Of a stretch of 64,000 bases of DNA, positions 14,731-27,765 are shown piece after piece (the stretch's first letter is position 1; each line of letters opens with the position of its first letter). The stretch lies in NCBI GenBank assembly GCA_043228905.1, contig JBHGNT010000014.1:11718001-11782000 (forward strand). Direction: 5' to 3'. Below the pieces are notes generated by a model that saw only the letters and a list, made by a program, of their open reading frames with translations, was not told where the DNA came from and searched no databases. Source of the stretch: Azolla caroliniana. Lineage: Eukaryota > Plantae > Polypodiophyta. The position numbers were made by a program, and so were the translations under genes.

Positions 14731-14800
14731 TGATATGGCAAGACTCGAACCCATGACCTTAGGTTACATAGGTCGAGCTCTTGACCATTATACCATCTAT
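14731..14800 (-). promoter_or_regulatory. tRNA-derived Pol III internal promoter-like cassette at the U3 end of the Gypsy-A LTR (antisense)
   Basis: - strand A box TGGTATAATGG (14795-14785) and B box GGTTCGAGTC (14751-14742), with tRNA-like spacing. Confidence 0.7.
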
Positions 14801-15139
14801 TGTAATACGTAGGATATTATTTTCATTTAAGTTTTATTATAGAAAATTGATGTATATTCCAAATTTCTCTGGAACATTCTAGAAACTTCAAGAGTATTCC
14901 TGAGAATACTATAAAAGGAGGCACAAGGCATTATTTCGAACCAAATCGGTTCAACGCCAGTCTTAAGCCTCCTAGCTACTATTGTATACTCTCTTCACAT
15001 AATATATATCTTTTATCATCATTCTCTCACCCTTTCTCTCTCTCTCTATCTCTCGAGAGAGAGAGTTCTACACCTCTCTTAGTACTAATCCTCATCTTTT
15101 AGTACTAATTCCTTCTCTGTCTTAGTACTGATCCTGATA

Positions 15140-15153
15140 GTTTGAACCGATTT
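15140..15153 (+). other. Non-tRNA primer-binding site of Gypsy-A (putative self-priming)
   Basis: TTGAACCGATTT just after the 5' LTR is the reverse complement of AAATCGGTTCAA at 14943-14954, 33 nt after the TATA box. Confidence 0.8.
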
Positions 15154-18100
15154 TCATCCTCCTTCCGTATCCTCCTTTCCTCCTCTTCCTTTTATCTTCT
15201 TACATATCCCCTTTTTCCGGTCTTCTTTTCGGTTTCCCTCATCTTCTTACCCCTTTCTTCCCTTCATACTAATCCTCTTATCCTCCCTAGTAAAATGGAA
15301 ACTATTAACACTCAGGAATACCAATTTGTTTTCTCGGAGCTCTAGTGCTTATAGGAGAAATTTGTAGCACTAGAACAAGAAAATCACCGTTTGTTGGCGG
15401 ATCTTCAACAAATAGCGCTAGAAAAACAACAACACGGGGAACTGACGTTACGTGTACAATAACTTGAAGCGACTATTGTATCATTACAACAACAAGGATC
15501 AACCACTCAAGGGATACACAAAGAACCCAAGATTGGTCTTCCTGCAAAATTTGATGGGACCCGATCACAATTTAGAGGTTTTTTGAACCAAGTACGTTTA
15601 GTGATTCAAATGCATCCTTCTCGATATCCCACCGATGCATCACGAGTGGGACTAGTAGGCACCCTACTTAGTGGCTCAACGTTGGCATGGTTCGCGCCGT
15701 TGTTAGAAAAGGAATCTCCATTACTAAACAATTTTGAAGAATTTATAAGTGAGTTTAAAGCTTGTTTTGGAGATACTGACAACATAAGAATTGTAATCAA
15801 TAAAATCCGGCGATTACGCCATGGTGATCGTCCAGCCTCCGCATACGTTGTAGATTTCCGTCTACTCGTTGTCGATATCCCTTGGGATGATCAAGCATTG
15901 ATGGAGCAATTAGTATCCCAGAACATCCCATTGTTTTAGGATTACCATGGTTCGAATTACATAACCCAGACATAGATTGGAGAACAAGAGAAATCCGGTG
16001 TCGACAAACCCGAGGATCTACTCATAAGATTGAAACCATTTCACTACATTAGTTGCGTGAGGAAGGACGCAAGGAAGAAATGTTTCTCTTCGCAATATCA
16101 GTAAAACCCTCCAGCACCACTAAAGAGGAGTCCACCGTTCAACTTCCAAAGAAGTATCGTCATTATGTCGATGTGTTCAATAAAGTACAAGCTAGTAAGC
16201 TTCCTCACCATCGACTCTATGATTGCCCCATCGATTTGCAACCGGGAAAAGAGCTGCCATGAGGACCGATCTACAATTTGTCACCAACCGAGCTGGAAGT
16301 CCTTCGAGCCTATATAGAGGAGAATTTGGCAAATGGTTTCATTCGGCATTCGAAATCTCCAGCCGGCGCACCCATTTTCTTCGTCAAGAAAAAAGATGGA
16401 TCACTTCGTCTCGTTGTGGATTACCGTGGCTTGAATAAGGTCACAATTAGGAATAGGTATGCACTTCCCCTTATCTCAAGTCTTTTAGAACGGATCAATG
16501 GTGCAAGGTTCTTCACGAAGATCGACTTACGGGGAGCATATAACCTTGTACGGATACGACCAGGAGATGAATGGAAGACCGCGTTTCACACCAGATATGG
16601 GCACTTCGAGTATACGATCATGTCGTTCAGCCTCACTAATGTGCCAACAGTCTTCCAGCACATGGCAAATGATATATTCCGAGATCTCTTGGATGTTTGT
16701 TTGATCATCTATTTGGATGATCTACTGATTTATTCGAAGACCCAAGAAGAGCATGATTCTCATGTATTGTTAGTACTAAAACGACTTTGAGAACATGGTC
16801 TTTATGCAAAGCTGGAAATATGTAGTTTCGGGTGCAACCAGGTGGAATTTCTAGGCTATGTCATCTCTGCGGAAGGCATCTCCATGGATCCAGCTAAGGT
16901 CAAAACAATGGTAGAGTGGCAAACTCCATGTTCATTGCGAGATGTGAAATGCTTTTTAGGCTTTGCCAATTTCTACTGCAAGTTTATAAAGGATTACTCA
17001 AAGCTTGTTTTGCCTCTTACACAACTTACTAAGAAGGGACAATCGTTCATTTGATCTAAAGAAGCGGACATGGCTTTTGAGAATCTTAAGAAGGCATTTA
17101 CATCGGCTCCTATTCTAGCTCACGTTGATCCAAAAAAGCCATTCATCATTGAAGCTGACGCGTCGGATTTCGCATTGGGTAGCATTCTGTCACAACAAGG
17201 TAATGATGAAAAGCTACATCCTGTGGCTTTCCACTCACGCAAGTTTGACGCCGCCGAAATCAACTATGAAATTCATGATAAGGAGCTATTAGCAATAGTG
17301 GACTCTTTTACACAATGGAGCCATTTTCTAGAGGGATCCTCTCATCAAGTCACCGTATTCAGTGACCACAAGAACATTGCCTACTTTCAAGACGCTCGTT
17401 TGTTAAAATCAACATCAAGCTCGGTGGGCCCAATTCCTCACGCGTTTCGACTTCAAAATTACATATCATCCGGGGAAGCACCAAGGGAAGGCAAATGCGT
17501 TATCACAATGTTCATATCTAGCACCACATCCCAGTGAGCCAGTTTTCGATAACAAAAAACAAGTAATCTTGGGACCGGCACGATTGCAAGCAACATAGGT
17601 CTTTGGCATGCCCGTGGATTCCCACGTTATCGATACCATACGTGAGGACTTGAAGATAGATGCTTTCGCCCAAGCCATTCTAGCACAAATTGATCCCTCT
17701 CGAGCATCTTGTTCACAGTCGCAACAACCAGGTATGGACTATCAACAATTCAAATACCATGATGGATTACTATTCTTTAAAAAACTCTTGTATGTTCCTA
17801 ATGGTTCTTGCCGCCTTCGAGTAGTCCAAAACTATCATGACACACATATACAACTAGGCATTTTCGTAGTTCTAAGACATTAGACTTAGTACAACGATCA
17901 TTCTGGTGGCCCTGTATGCGGCAATTTGTCGAAGATTTTGTTCGGACTTGTGAAACATGTTGCAGAGCGAAAAGGCCAAGGCATCATCCATATGGTTTAT
18001 TAGAACCATTACTAATTCCAAGCAAGCCATGGCAATCCATTGCTCTAGATTTCATCACAGATCTTCCAGTCTCGAAGGGATTTAATGCGATTCTAACAGT

Positions 18101-18914
18101 AGTAGATCAATATACGACGATGGCTCGTTTCTTGCCATGTACTAAGATAATCTCCAGTGAAGAAACCGCCGAAATTGTCATGCGTGAAGTATGTCAGCAT
18201 CATGGCCTTCCCAATAGTATCATCAGCGACCGTGGACCCCAGTTCGTCTCGAAATTCTGGAAGCACCTTTTTAAAATGCTCAAGGTCACTTGTAACCACT
18301 CCTCCGGCTACCACCCACAAACAGACGGCCAACTAGAACGAACAAATCAAACGTTGGCGCAGTATCTTTGGTGCTTTCTAAGCTATCATCAGGATGACTG
18401 GGCAAATATTCTCCACATTGCCGAATTTGCCTATAAGCCTATAATAACTCTGTCCACACATCGACTAAAGTTACGCCATTTTATGCTTATACGGGCTATC
18501 ACCCTCGGTGGTGTGTATTTGAAACACCAGAGTTACCTACAAATCCTTGTGCAGAGGATCGTTTGGAGCGGTTACACAAGATACAAGCGAATTTCTCTAC
18601 TCATCTCCAACAAGCTCAACAAACACACAAGGTTTACATGGATCGTCATCGGCTTCCATCCAGTTTTAATGTCGAAGATCGGATATGGCTACTACGACGA
18701 CACATCAAGACTACTCGTCCATGTTAGAACTTGGATTATCAGCGATTAGGTCCTTTCCGTATTATTGGAAAGATTAATGATGTCGCTTTTCTTCTCGATC
18801 TACCTCCGCAACTTCGGATACATCTAGTGTTTCATAGTTCTCTCCTCGAACCCTATCAAGATAGCACCATCCCATGACGTATTACACAACCTCCACCCCC
18901 AATCAAACTTGAAG

Positions 18915-19090
18915 ATGGACCCGAGTACGAGGTTGCTGCCATCCTCGATTCCAAGATTGTTCGCAACAAGCTCTACTATCTAGTCGATTGGCTAGGATAT
19001 AGTCCCAGTGAGCGTACTTGGGAACTGATAGAGAATGTGACCAATGCTTGTGATCTTCTTGAAGACTTCCATTGTCAATATCCAAACAAA
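18915..19090 (+). other. Chromodomain at the integrase C-terminus of Gypsy-A
   Basis: Translates as EYEVAAILDSKIVRNKLYYLVDWLGYSPSERTWE, with the aromatic-cage Y/W/Y residues present. Confidence 0.9.
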
Positions 19091-19182
19091 CCGAGTCCTC
19101 AATCTAAAACAACTTGTGACACTCATCGTTTTAAAGGGGGGATAGTGTCATGATATGGCAAGACTCAAACCCATGACCTTAG

Positions 19183-22100
19183 TGTAGAGAAATGCACGGA
19201 ATATCACTCGGCCACAACCGAGTAGTAAATCACTTCTATAAGAATCAAACACAAAAATGGGAAGTGGAGAGCACACAAGAAAATGACACACAATGTTTAC
19301 GTGGAAAACCCTAATAGGGAAAAACCACGGGAGCCCACAGACTTCGAACTATCACTATGAAGAGAAGGGGTACAATCAGAGACTCGGAGGCAACGACCTC
19401 GAGCTCTATTTCTTTGCATAGTGGCGGTTACAATAGAGTATCACTCTATATCTCTCTCTAACTCCCTCTCACTCTGTCGCTCTCTCTATACAACGGTTAC
19501 AACAACAATAACAACCCTACTAAAGTGGTTGCCCTAAGTCATATTTATACTTATCTGAACTTAGGGCTATTTACAAATATAGCCTTGATGGGTTTACTCA
19601 GAAACATATTTACAGATATGTCTTCTTCATCTGGTTCTCACCGGGTCTTCTACATCCGGTTCTCAAGATCCCATTCGGAGGGACCGAAATCCCAACAATC
19701 TCCCCCTTCACTCCGGAATGGGATGTTTCGTCAGCTCGATCCGCGTCCCACATGCATCCAGCTTGTCAGGTGTCAGCACTTTGGTCAACATGTCCGACCC
19801 ATTCTCCTCCGTGTGGATCTTCGTCAACACGAACTCTTGATCTTCTACTCTCTCTCGGATCCAGTGATACCTCCGTTGGATACGTTTCGTCTGGGAATGG
19901 TAGGCCGCGTTCTTTGCAAGGTGGATGGCACTTTGACTGTCGCAGTAGAGCCGGTATTCCTCCTATTGGATCCCTAGCTCTCCGATGAAATCTTTCATCC
20001 AGATTATCTCCTTGCTGGCTTCTACATCTGCCATGTACTCCGCTTCCGTTGTCGACGGTGCAACAGTCTTCTGCAGCCTCGACTGCCATGATACAGCTCC
20101 CCCCGCATAAGTCATTACATATCCGGATGTAGACTGGCAGGTATCTGCATCAGCTGACATATCCGAATCCGTGAATCCGTCAAGTTGGGGAGTACCGGAG
20201 CCAAACCGGAGGCACATACTCAAAGTGCCTTTCAGATACCAGAGTATCCACTTGACCATGTTCCAATGCTCTCTATCGGGATTGCTCATGAACCGGCTCA
20301 CCACTTCGACTGCATTTCCAATATCCGGTTGGGTACACACCATTGCGTATATCAAGCTCCTGACGATAGAGGCATATGGTATCTTCATCATATCCACCTT
20401 CTCCACCTTTGTCCTCAGGCTCTGCTTTCCGGATAGCTTGCAGTTTGTCAGAAGTGTCGATTTGACGAGTTTCGCATCCGACATGTTGAACCGTTGAAGC
20501 ACCTTCGTCACGTACTTTTCCTGTGACAGCCACAATAGCTTCTTCGACCGATCCCGGATGATGTGCATCCCCAATATCTGTGTTGCCGGACCCAAGTCTT
20601 TCATTGAGAAGGTCCAGTTCAGGGCCTTCTTCAACATCCGTATTTTGACTTGGTCTCGTCCGACAATCAGCATATCATCCACATATAGGAGGAGTATCAG
20701 GAAGTCTCCTCCGTCAAATTTCTTCACAAATACACAGTGATCGGCTTGCGTCTTGTGGTACCCTTGGTCGGTCATGAAGGAGTCAAACTTCCAGTACCAT
20801 TGCCGGGGAGCTTGCTTCAGTCCGTATAAGCTCTTCTTCATCCTACACACCAGGTGCTCCTTCCCTTTCTTCTCAAATCCTTCCGGTCGATGCATGTAGA
20901 TCTCTTCTTTGAGGTCTCCGTGTAGGAATGTCGTCTTGACGTCCAGCTGCTCTACCTTGAGGTCCATGCTTGCCGTTATGCCCAATACCGTCCAGATGGA
21001 TGTCATCTTTACTACCAGGGCAAAGATCTCATCGAAGTCCACTCCTTTCTTCTGCTGGAAACCCTTCACCACGATTCGGGCCTTATACCTTGGTGGATTT
21101 CTGGCGTCCCCGGTTTCAGCTTGTACATCCACTTGTTCCGAAGTGCCCTCTTTCCTTTCGGCAACTCCACCAATTCGTATGTGTGGTTCTCATGCAGGGA
21201 ATCCATCTCGTCCTACATAACACTCAACCACTTGCGGCTATGGGTGTCCCCCCTTGCTTCTTCAAAGCTTTCCGACTCCCCCTCATCGGTTAGCAACACA
21301 TGCTCTACATCCGGAAAACTTCAAGGGGCTCTTCTCTCCCGGAGAGGATATCTTCGTCCTTGGTTTCTGACTGCCAGTTCCTCCATCTGTTCTGAATCCG
21401 AATCTGATTCGGGATCTTGTCCGGTTCCGGTGTCTTCTTCTTCTTCTTCTTCTTCTTCTTCTTCTTCTTCTTCTTCTTCTTCTTCTTCTTCGGTCAGTTC
21501 AGTTTCTTGTTAGAATCCGGCCGGTTCGTCGAGTGTCATCGGGTTTTCAACCAGGTATATCCTTTTGTAATCAAGCCAGTTTTCAATGGATGATCCGGAG
21601 TTCGTTACCTTCTTCTCCGACTCCCAGTCGGCAATGGTCCTGTCTTCCATGAAGACTATGTCCCGACTCCGGAACACCTTTCTGTCAACCAGATCCCACA
21701 CCCGGTAACCGAACTCATCATCGTCGTATCCAAGGAATATGCATGGTTGGGACTTCGGATCCAGCTTTGCTCTCTTGTCCTTCGCCACATGCATGTATGC
21801 GAGACACCCGAACACCTTCAGATGCCAGTAAAACACATCCTTACCGGTCCATACTTTCTGAGGTGAGTCTCCTCCCAAGGGTACTGAGGGTGATATGTTT
21901 ATCACATAGGTCGATGTCGTTAGTGCCTCAGCCCAAAACGTCTTGGGTAACTTGGCATGTGCGAGCATGCTCCGGACTCTCTCCATTATGGTCTAGTTCA
22001 TCCTTTCGGCCAACCCATTTAGTTCCGGCATCTTTAGCACGGTAAACTCGAGCCGGATTCCCTTCGATCAGTAGTACTCCTCGAATTGCCCCCGGTATTC

Positions 22101-24306
22101 TCCTCCGTTATCTGCTCGAACCGCCTTCAGCTTCCGGCCGGTTTCTCTTTCCACTCTCGCGTGGAGCTCCTTGAAGACGGATAACACTTGGTCCTTTGTC
22201 TTCAACGGTGAGACCCACAGCTTCCGGTTGTGGTCGTCTATTGAACGTCACGAAGTACTGCGATCAAGCATGTGACTTTGTGTCGACCTGACACACATCG
22301 GTATGCACCAGCTCCAATGGTGCATTCCGTCTCATCAGTGGTCTTGACCAGAAGGAGGTGCGGTTTTGCTTGCCAACTAGGCAGTCGGTGCACTTCTCAA
22401 GTTGCACGTCCTTCACCGAAATGAGGTTGTCTTCGGCAAGCCTCTTCATCCCCTTCTCACTCATGTGACACAGTCTTTTGTGCCACAGCTCACCGGTAGT
22501 GTCGGATGCTACGTTCACTTCTTCCTGGCATATCTGGGCATTCATCAAGTACAGTGTGTTGACCTTCCGGGCTTGAGCCACTATTAAGCTCCCTTTGCAG
22601 AACTTCATGACACCGTTCCGGATGCTACCTGTGTAACCTTCATCATCTAGCCGACCGACTGATATCAAGTTCAGTCGAACCTCCGGAACGTGTCGAACAT
22701 CCTTCAGCAGCAACTTGCATCTGGTTGATGTCATCAACAACACATCTCCTATGCCGATAATTCGGCATGTCCTTTCATTCCCCATCCGGGCACAGCCGTA
22801 CCCATCGGTTTTGTAGGATGAGAAGCATTTCCAGTTCGGGGTAAGGTGGAACGACGCTCCGGAATCGACAACCCACGTTGTCTCGTCGACGGCAAGGTTC
22901 AACTCGCTCTCCTCGGTGATGAGCATTACTTCTTCTTCACTTGCCACGATCGTCGTCGTTCCCTTCTAGTCCAGGCCTCGCCGATCCGAACCATTTTGGT
23001 CCGGTGACTTCTTCAAATCGGTACTGTCGGTTCCCTTGTCTTTCCGGAAATGCCGACAGTTCTTCTAGAAGTGCCCCGGCTTGCCGCAATAGAAGCAAGT
23101 GGGCCTCCCCCTTGACTTTGACCGTGTCCCTGACTTTTCCTGGTTCTGGGGACTCTAATTCCTTTGTCTTCCGCGTTCCGATTTGGTAAGAAGGCTTTGG
23201 CATCAGAGATCACCTCCTTGTCTTTCCGACACATCTCCTCATCTAGCAAGCTTGACTTGACCCTTGCTAGGGATAGTTGTTTCCCTTTCGGCCCGGCGTT
23301 GCCCAATGTGACAACTAACGTCTCCCAGCTATCCGGGAGGGAACCAAGCAGGAGTAGAGCAAGTACCTCATCGGCGAGAGGTACTTCCAACGAGGTTGCT
23401 TGGTGTATCAGCCCCTGGAAGGCATTCATGTGCTCCGCCATATTGGAGCCGTCTTGGTACCGGAGCCTCACTAGCTTCCGAAATACCGAAACTCGATTAA
23501 CGGCATTCTTGTTTTGGAACATGATGTTGATCTTCTCCCAGAGTTCATGAGCCTTGCTCTCTTCATTGAAGTTGTTGTACATGCTCATGTCGATGAAGCA
23601 CTAGATGTATGACGTCGTCTTCATGTGCATCACCTCCCACATCGTGGCATCGATCTTATCTGGTCTCTTGTCCCTGAACTGAACCGGCAACCAAAGATCT
23701 TTAACCACCAGCATGTCCCTCATCTTCGACTTCCACACTGAGTAGTTGGAGCCGGTGAGCTTGAACATGTCGTCGTAAGATTCTTTCATTTTCTGTGTTG
23801 TTTGCTCTGATACCATTTTGTAGAGAAATGCATGGAATATCGCTTGGCCACAACCGAGTAGTAAATCACTTCTATAAGAATCAAACACAGAAATGGGATG
23901 TGGAGAGCACACAAGAAAATGACACAGGATGTTTACGTGGAAAACCCTAATAGGGAAAAACCACAGGAGCCCACAAACTCCGAACTATCATTATGAAGAG
24001 TAGGGGTACAATCAAAGACTTGGAGGCAATGACCTCGAGCTCTATTTCTTCGCACAGTGGCGGTTACAACAGAGTATCACTGTGTATCTCTCTCTAACTC
24101 CCTCTCACTCTGTCGCTCTCTCTATACAACGGTTACAACAACAATAACAACCCTACTAAAGTGATTGCCCTAAGTCATATTTATACTTATCTGAACTTAG
24201 GGCTATTTACAAATATATTTACAGATATGTCTTCTTCATCCGGTTCTCACCGGGTCTTCTACATCCGGTTCTCAAGATCCCATTCGGAGGGACCGAAATC
24301 CCAACA
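19183..24306 (-). mobile_element. Copia-4, Tnt1/Tork-like Ty1/Copia inserted in the 3' LTR of Gypsy-A
   Basis: LTRs 19183-19697 and 23819-24306; TSD CTTAG/CTTAA; iMet PBS at 23804-23815; PPT rc ATCTCCCCCT; Tnt1-like gag (KLTGSNYSVWKSKMRDML), WVVDSGAS, IN, RT (LLYVDDML) and RH. Confidence 0.95.
21433..21491. repeat. (TTC)n microsatellite, read as poly-Glu in the Copia-4 IN-RT linker
   Basis: About 19 TCT units. Confidence 0.95.
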
Positions 24307-27300
24307 CTTAAGTTACATAGGTCGAGCTCTTGACCATTATACCATCTATTGTAATACGTAGGATATTATTTTCATTTAAGTTTTATTATAGAAAATTGAT
24401 GTATATTCCAGATTTCTCTGGAACATTCTAGAAACATCAAGAGTATTCCTAAGAATACTATAAAAGGAGGCACAAGACATTATTTTGAACCAAATCGGTT
24501 CAACGTCAATCTTAAGCCTCCTAGCTACTATTGTATACTCTCTTCACATAATATATATCTTTTATCATCATTCTCTCACCCTTTCTCTCTCTCTATCTCT
24601 CTCTCTCTCGTTCACTCTTTCCTTCTCTCGAGAGTTCTACACCTCTCTTAGTATTAATCCTCATCTTTTAGTACTAATTCCTTCTTTGTCTTAGTACTGA
24701 TCCTGACACCAATTCGACACGCAACACTGGCACCCATTCCCAAAAGAGAGGAACATGAGCAAAGGCATAATAGATGTAATTCATTCTGACGTATGGGGAC
24801 CGGCTCAGAGGGCTACATTCGACGGATGCCGATATTACATGACCTTTATTGATGACTTCTATAGGCACACTTGGATCTTTCCCATGAGGTAGAAGAGTGA
24901 AGTGTTTGCACACTTCAAAAAATTCAAAAGTGGGGTCGAAAAGGAAACAGGTCAGTATGTACGGTGTCTTCATGTTAAGAATCGACCGGCCAAAACTAGT
25001 TACACATTCGTATTCTTGTGCAGAAGCCAAGAACTAGTACACAGACAAAGACGTGAAGACATAGAGACGCCGATATTTTACGTGGAAAACCCAAAAATGG
25101 GAAAAAACCACGGGGATCCACAAACCCTGAGAAAACATATCACTATAGTAGAGAGGAAGTGCAGATACGAAACTCAGAGGTGTGAATGTTAATGTGCGGA
25201 AGCGTCAAACAAAACCGGCTCAGCAGGATAGCAACAGAAAATGAGATGAAGGTTTAATGGAAAAGCTTCAAAAAACACAGAGGAGACATAGAGAGCAGAA
25301 CATAAAACTATATTCAAAAATTAACTCTAAAACACTATGTATACAACGTGCTAAACAACATTATTTATACAAGTCCATAAAGGACTGTCATGTACTTCAA
25401 TGCTCACAAGTGCGATTGACACTAACTATGAGACAATGATTACCTAGTAGTCTAGGCTACTACTAGGCTTCCGGTTCCCACTCGAATCCGGCTCCCCAAT
25501 CTGGCCGGTTGTTTCTGGATACCGATACGGCTCATCCTTCCTGATGTCGATCCGGTTCAGGCCTATTCAACCGATCCGGATCCGGTTGAGCTTGCTCGCT
25601 CAACACTCCCCCTCAAGCTCAACTTGAGGTCAAATAGTGGTGTTAGTATCCGCGGCAGCTGGTTCTTCTACCCGGCTCCTTCTGGTGTTGCTCCGCATCG
25701 CTCGCATTCCTCGTCCGGTTCGGTCTTGTTTGTCGTGACCCTTCTGGTTCTGCACACCTCAACCTCCTCGGTCGGCTTGTCTGCTCAACAGGCCCATTTC
25801 AGCTCCCTCACTGTTGCGACTCCTGCGCTTGTCGACCTGTTGGTTCCTTCGTGTTGGCGTCGACTTCCGCTGCGTCCGAGTCCACTTGACCTTTAGTTGA
25901 TCCGGCTTCTCCGAATCTTGAACCGAATCGGTTTCCTTCGATTTTTTCCAGCTCTTGTCCGAGTCCATGTTGTCCAACTTGTCTTCCGGTTTCAGGCCCT
26001 TCACCACACCGGACCACGTCCGGGTCTTGGTCGTTTTCTTCCGGTCGTCCCTGTCCTTGACTCTGCCACCATTGCCGCTTGTTCCAACCTTTTCGGATGT
26101 GCCGACTCCTTCGGTCGGCTCGGCTTCCTTTCTCCTCTTGTCTCCCCGTTTGTTGGTTCTTTCTTCCTCTCCGCCTCCTTGTCCGGTGCCATCCGTTCCC
26201 TTTCCTTTTCTCCCCCTCAGGTGCGGCACGTCGAGATGTTGAACACCAAGCATTTCGGTGAAGTGCTACAACTTCTTTGATCCGAGCGGTTTGGTGAAGA
26301 TATCGGCAATTTGCCGATCCGTCTAAACATACCGGAGTATCCGATGTGCGCACTGAAGGAACTCGACGGTCGGCTTCTACATGAATCGTTGATCACTCTG
26401 ACCGGGTAACTGAGGTCGGGTCGAGTGATTGTCAAGTATATGAGGCTTCCGACGATTTGTTAGAACCGTTTCTCATCGCAAGACGGTCCGGAGTTGGGAC
26501 AGAGCTTCTGGTTCCGGTCCAGGGGTGTGGAGATAGGTCGGCACTTCGTCATACCGAACTTGTACAGCATATTCAACACATAGTGTCATTGTGAGAGCAA
26601 TATGCCATCGGGGGTTCGGATCACCTCGATCCCAAGAAAATAATGAAGGTCCCCCAGGTCCTTCATTTCAAATGCGTCCGACAGCTGGGACTTTACTCAA
26701 CCGATTTCATTGAGTCCGGGTCTGGTGATGACCAAATCATCTACATAAAGAAAGATGCAAACCGAACTGTCCGAACCTTGATGGATGAACAACAACAAGT
26801 CGGATATAGAGGTCACAAACCCCATCTTATGCAACCGGTGCGTGATCTTCGCATTCCAAGCTCGGGGGTCTTGATTCAGACCGTAAAGCGACTTCTTGAG
26901 CCGGCACACCGCCGACTTGTTCATCTCCGACTGAAAACCAGGAGGTTGGATCATATAGACCCGTTCTTCAAGGTCACCTTGAAGAAACACATTCTTCGCG
27001 TCCATCTGGTGAAGATTCCACCCCCTTGCCGCAGCAACCGCCAGTACCACACGAACCATCGTCATCTTCGCTACCGGGGCGAAGGTCTTGTCATAATCGA
27101 TTCCCTGGGTCTGTGTGTATCCCTTCGCCACTAATCAGGCCTTGTACCGGTTAACCGAACCGTCGGCATTGTACTTTACCTTGTACACCCATTTGCAACC
27201 GATCGGTTTACAATGTCGGGGAGGGTCAACGAGGTCCCATGTGTCGTTGGCATCTAGTGCCCACATTTCTTCCTCCATAGCGGCAACCCAATTTGCGTTT

Positions 27301-27765
27301 GTTGCCGCTTCTACGTAGCTCTCTAGCTCACGCACTTCCACCACCTTAGTCATGAACGCATAATGATGCGCCATGTACTCATTGTACCCGTACCGTGTAA
27401 CGGGGTTCTTTAGGCGAGAAGACCGGCGTAACTTGGTATTACCCGGTTTGGGGCCCTTCTTGGCCGGTTCGGACTTCGTTCCCGAAGATCCACCTTCATC
27501 CTTTCCGGAGTCGGATGCGCTCCAATCCGACTCAACGTTGCCGGTTTTGTATTCCGGCATCTTCTTCTTCCCCTTCTCTTTGCGCGTGAACCATCTCCTC
27601 GGTTCCTTGCGCGAGGACAGCACGACAGAGTCTCCACTACTCGCCGATTCCTCATCCGACTGGTCATCCCGACTCAGCCGCTCATTCGGTCCACTTAGTC
27701 GGAATGAGATCGAACTCTCTTCTAGAGTGCCGAAGCCTTCATCTTCTTCCTGGATCTCCTCGAGC

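Larger units (their letters stand above)
14726..24708 (+). mobile_element. Gypsy-A, chromovirus (Tcn1/Tf1-sushi-like Ty3/Gypsy) with an internal deletion of gag C-terminus and protease
   Basis: TSD CCAAT (14721-14725/24709-24713); 5' LTR 14726-15139; 3' LTR 19146-19182 plus 24307-24708; PPT at 19133-19145; Gag LPAKFDG, RT (YLDD), RH, IN and chromodomain. Confidence 0.95.

Noticed and set aside
14731-14800. Functional tRNA genes in the Gypsy LTRs
   Set aside because: Acceptor and anticodon stems do not pair; only the promoter boxes are tRNA-like
21121-21513. Poly-Ser protein ORF
   Set aside because: Antisense reading of the (GAA)n tract in Copia-4 pol
25624-26280. Antisense or env-like extra gene in Copia-5
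   Set aside because: The + strand ORFs are shadows of the purine-rich Pol tail; no conserved TM or envelope features across copies
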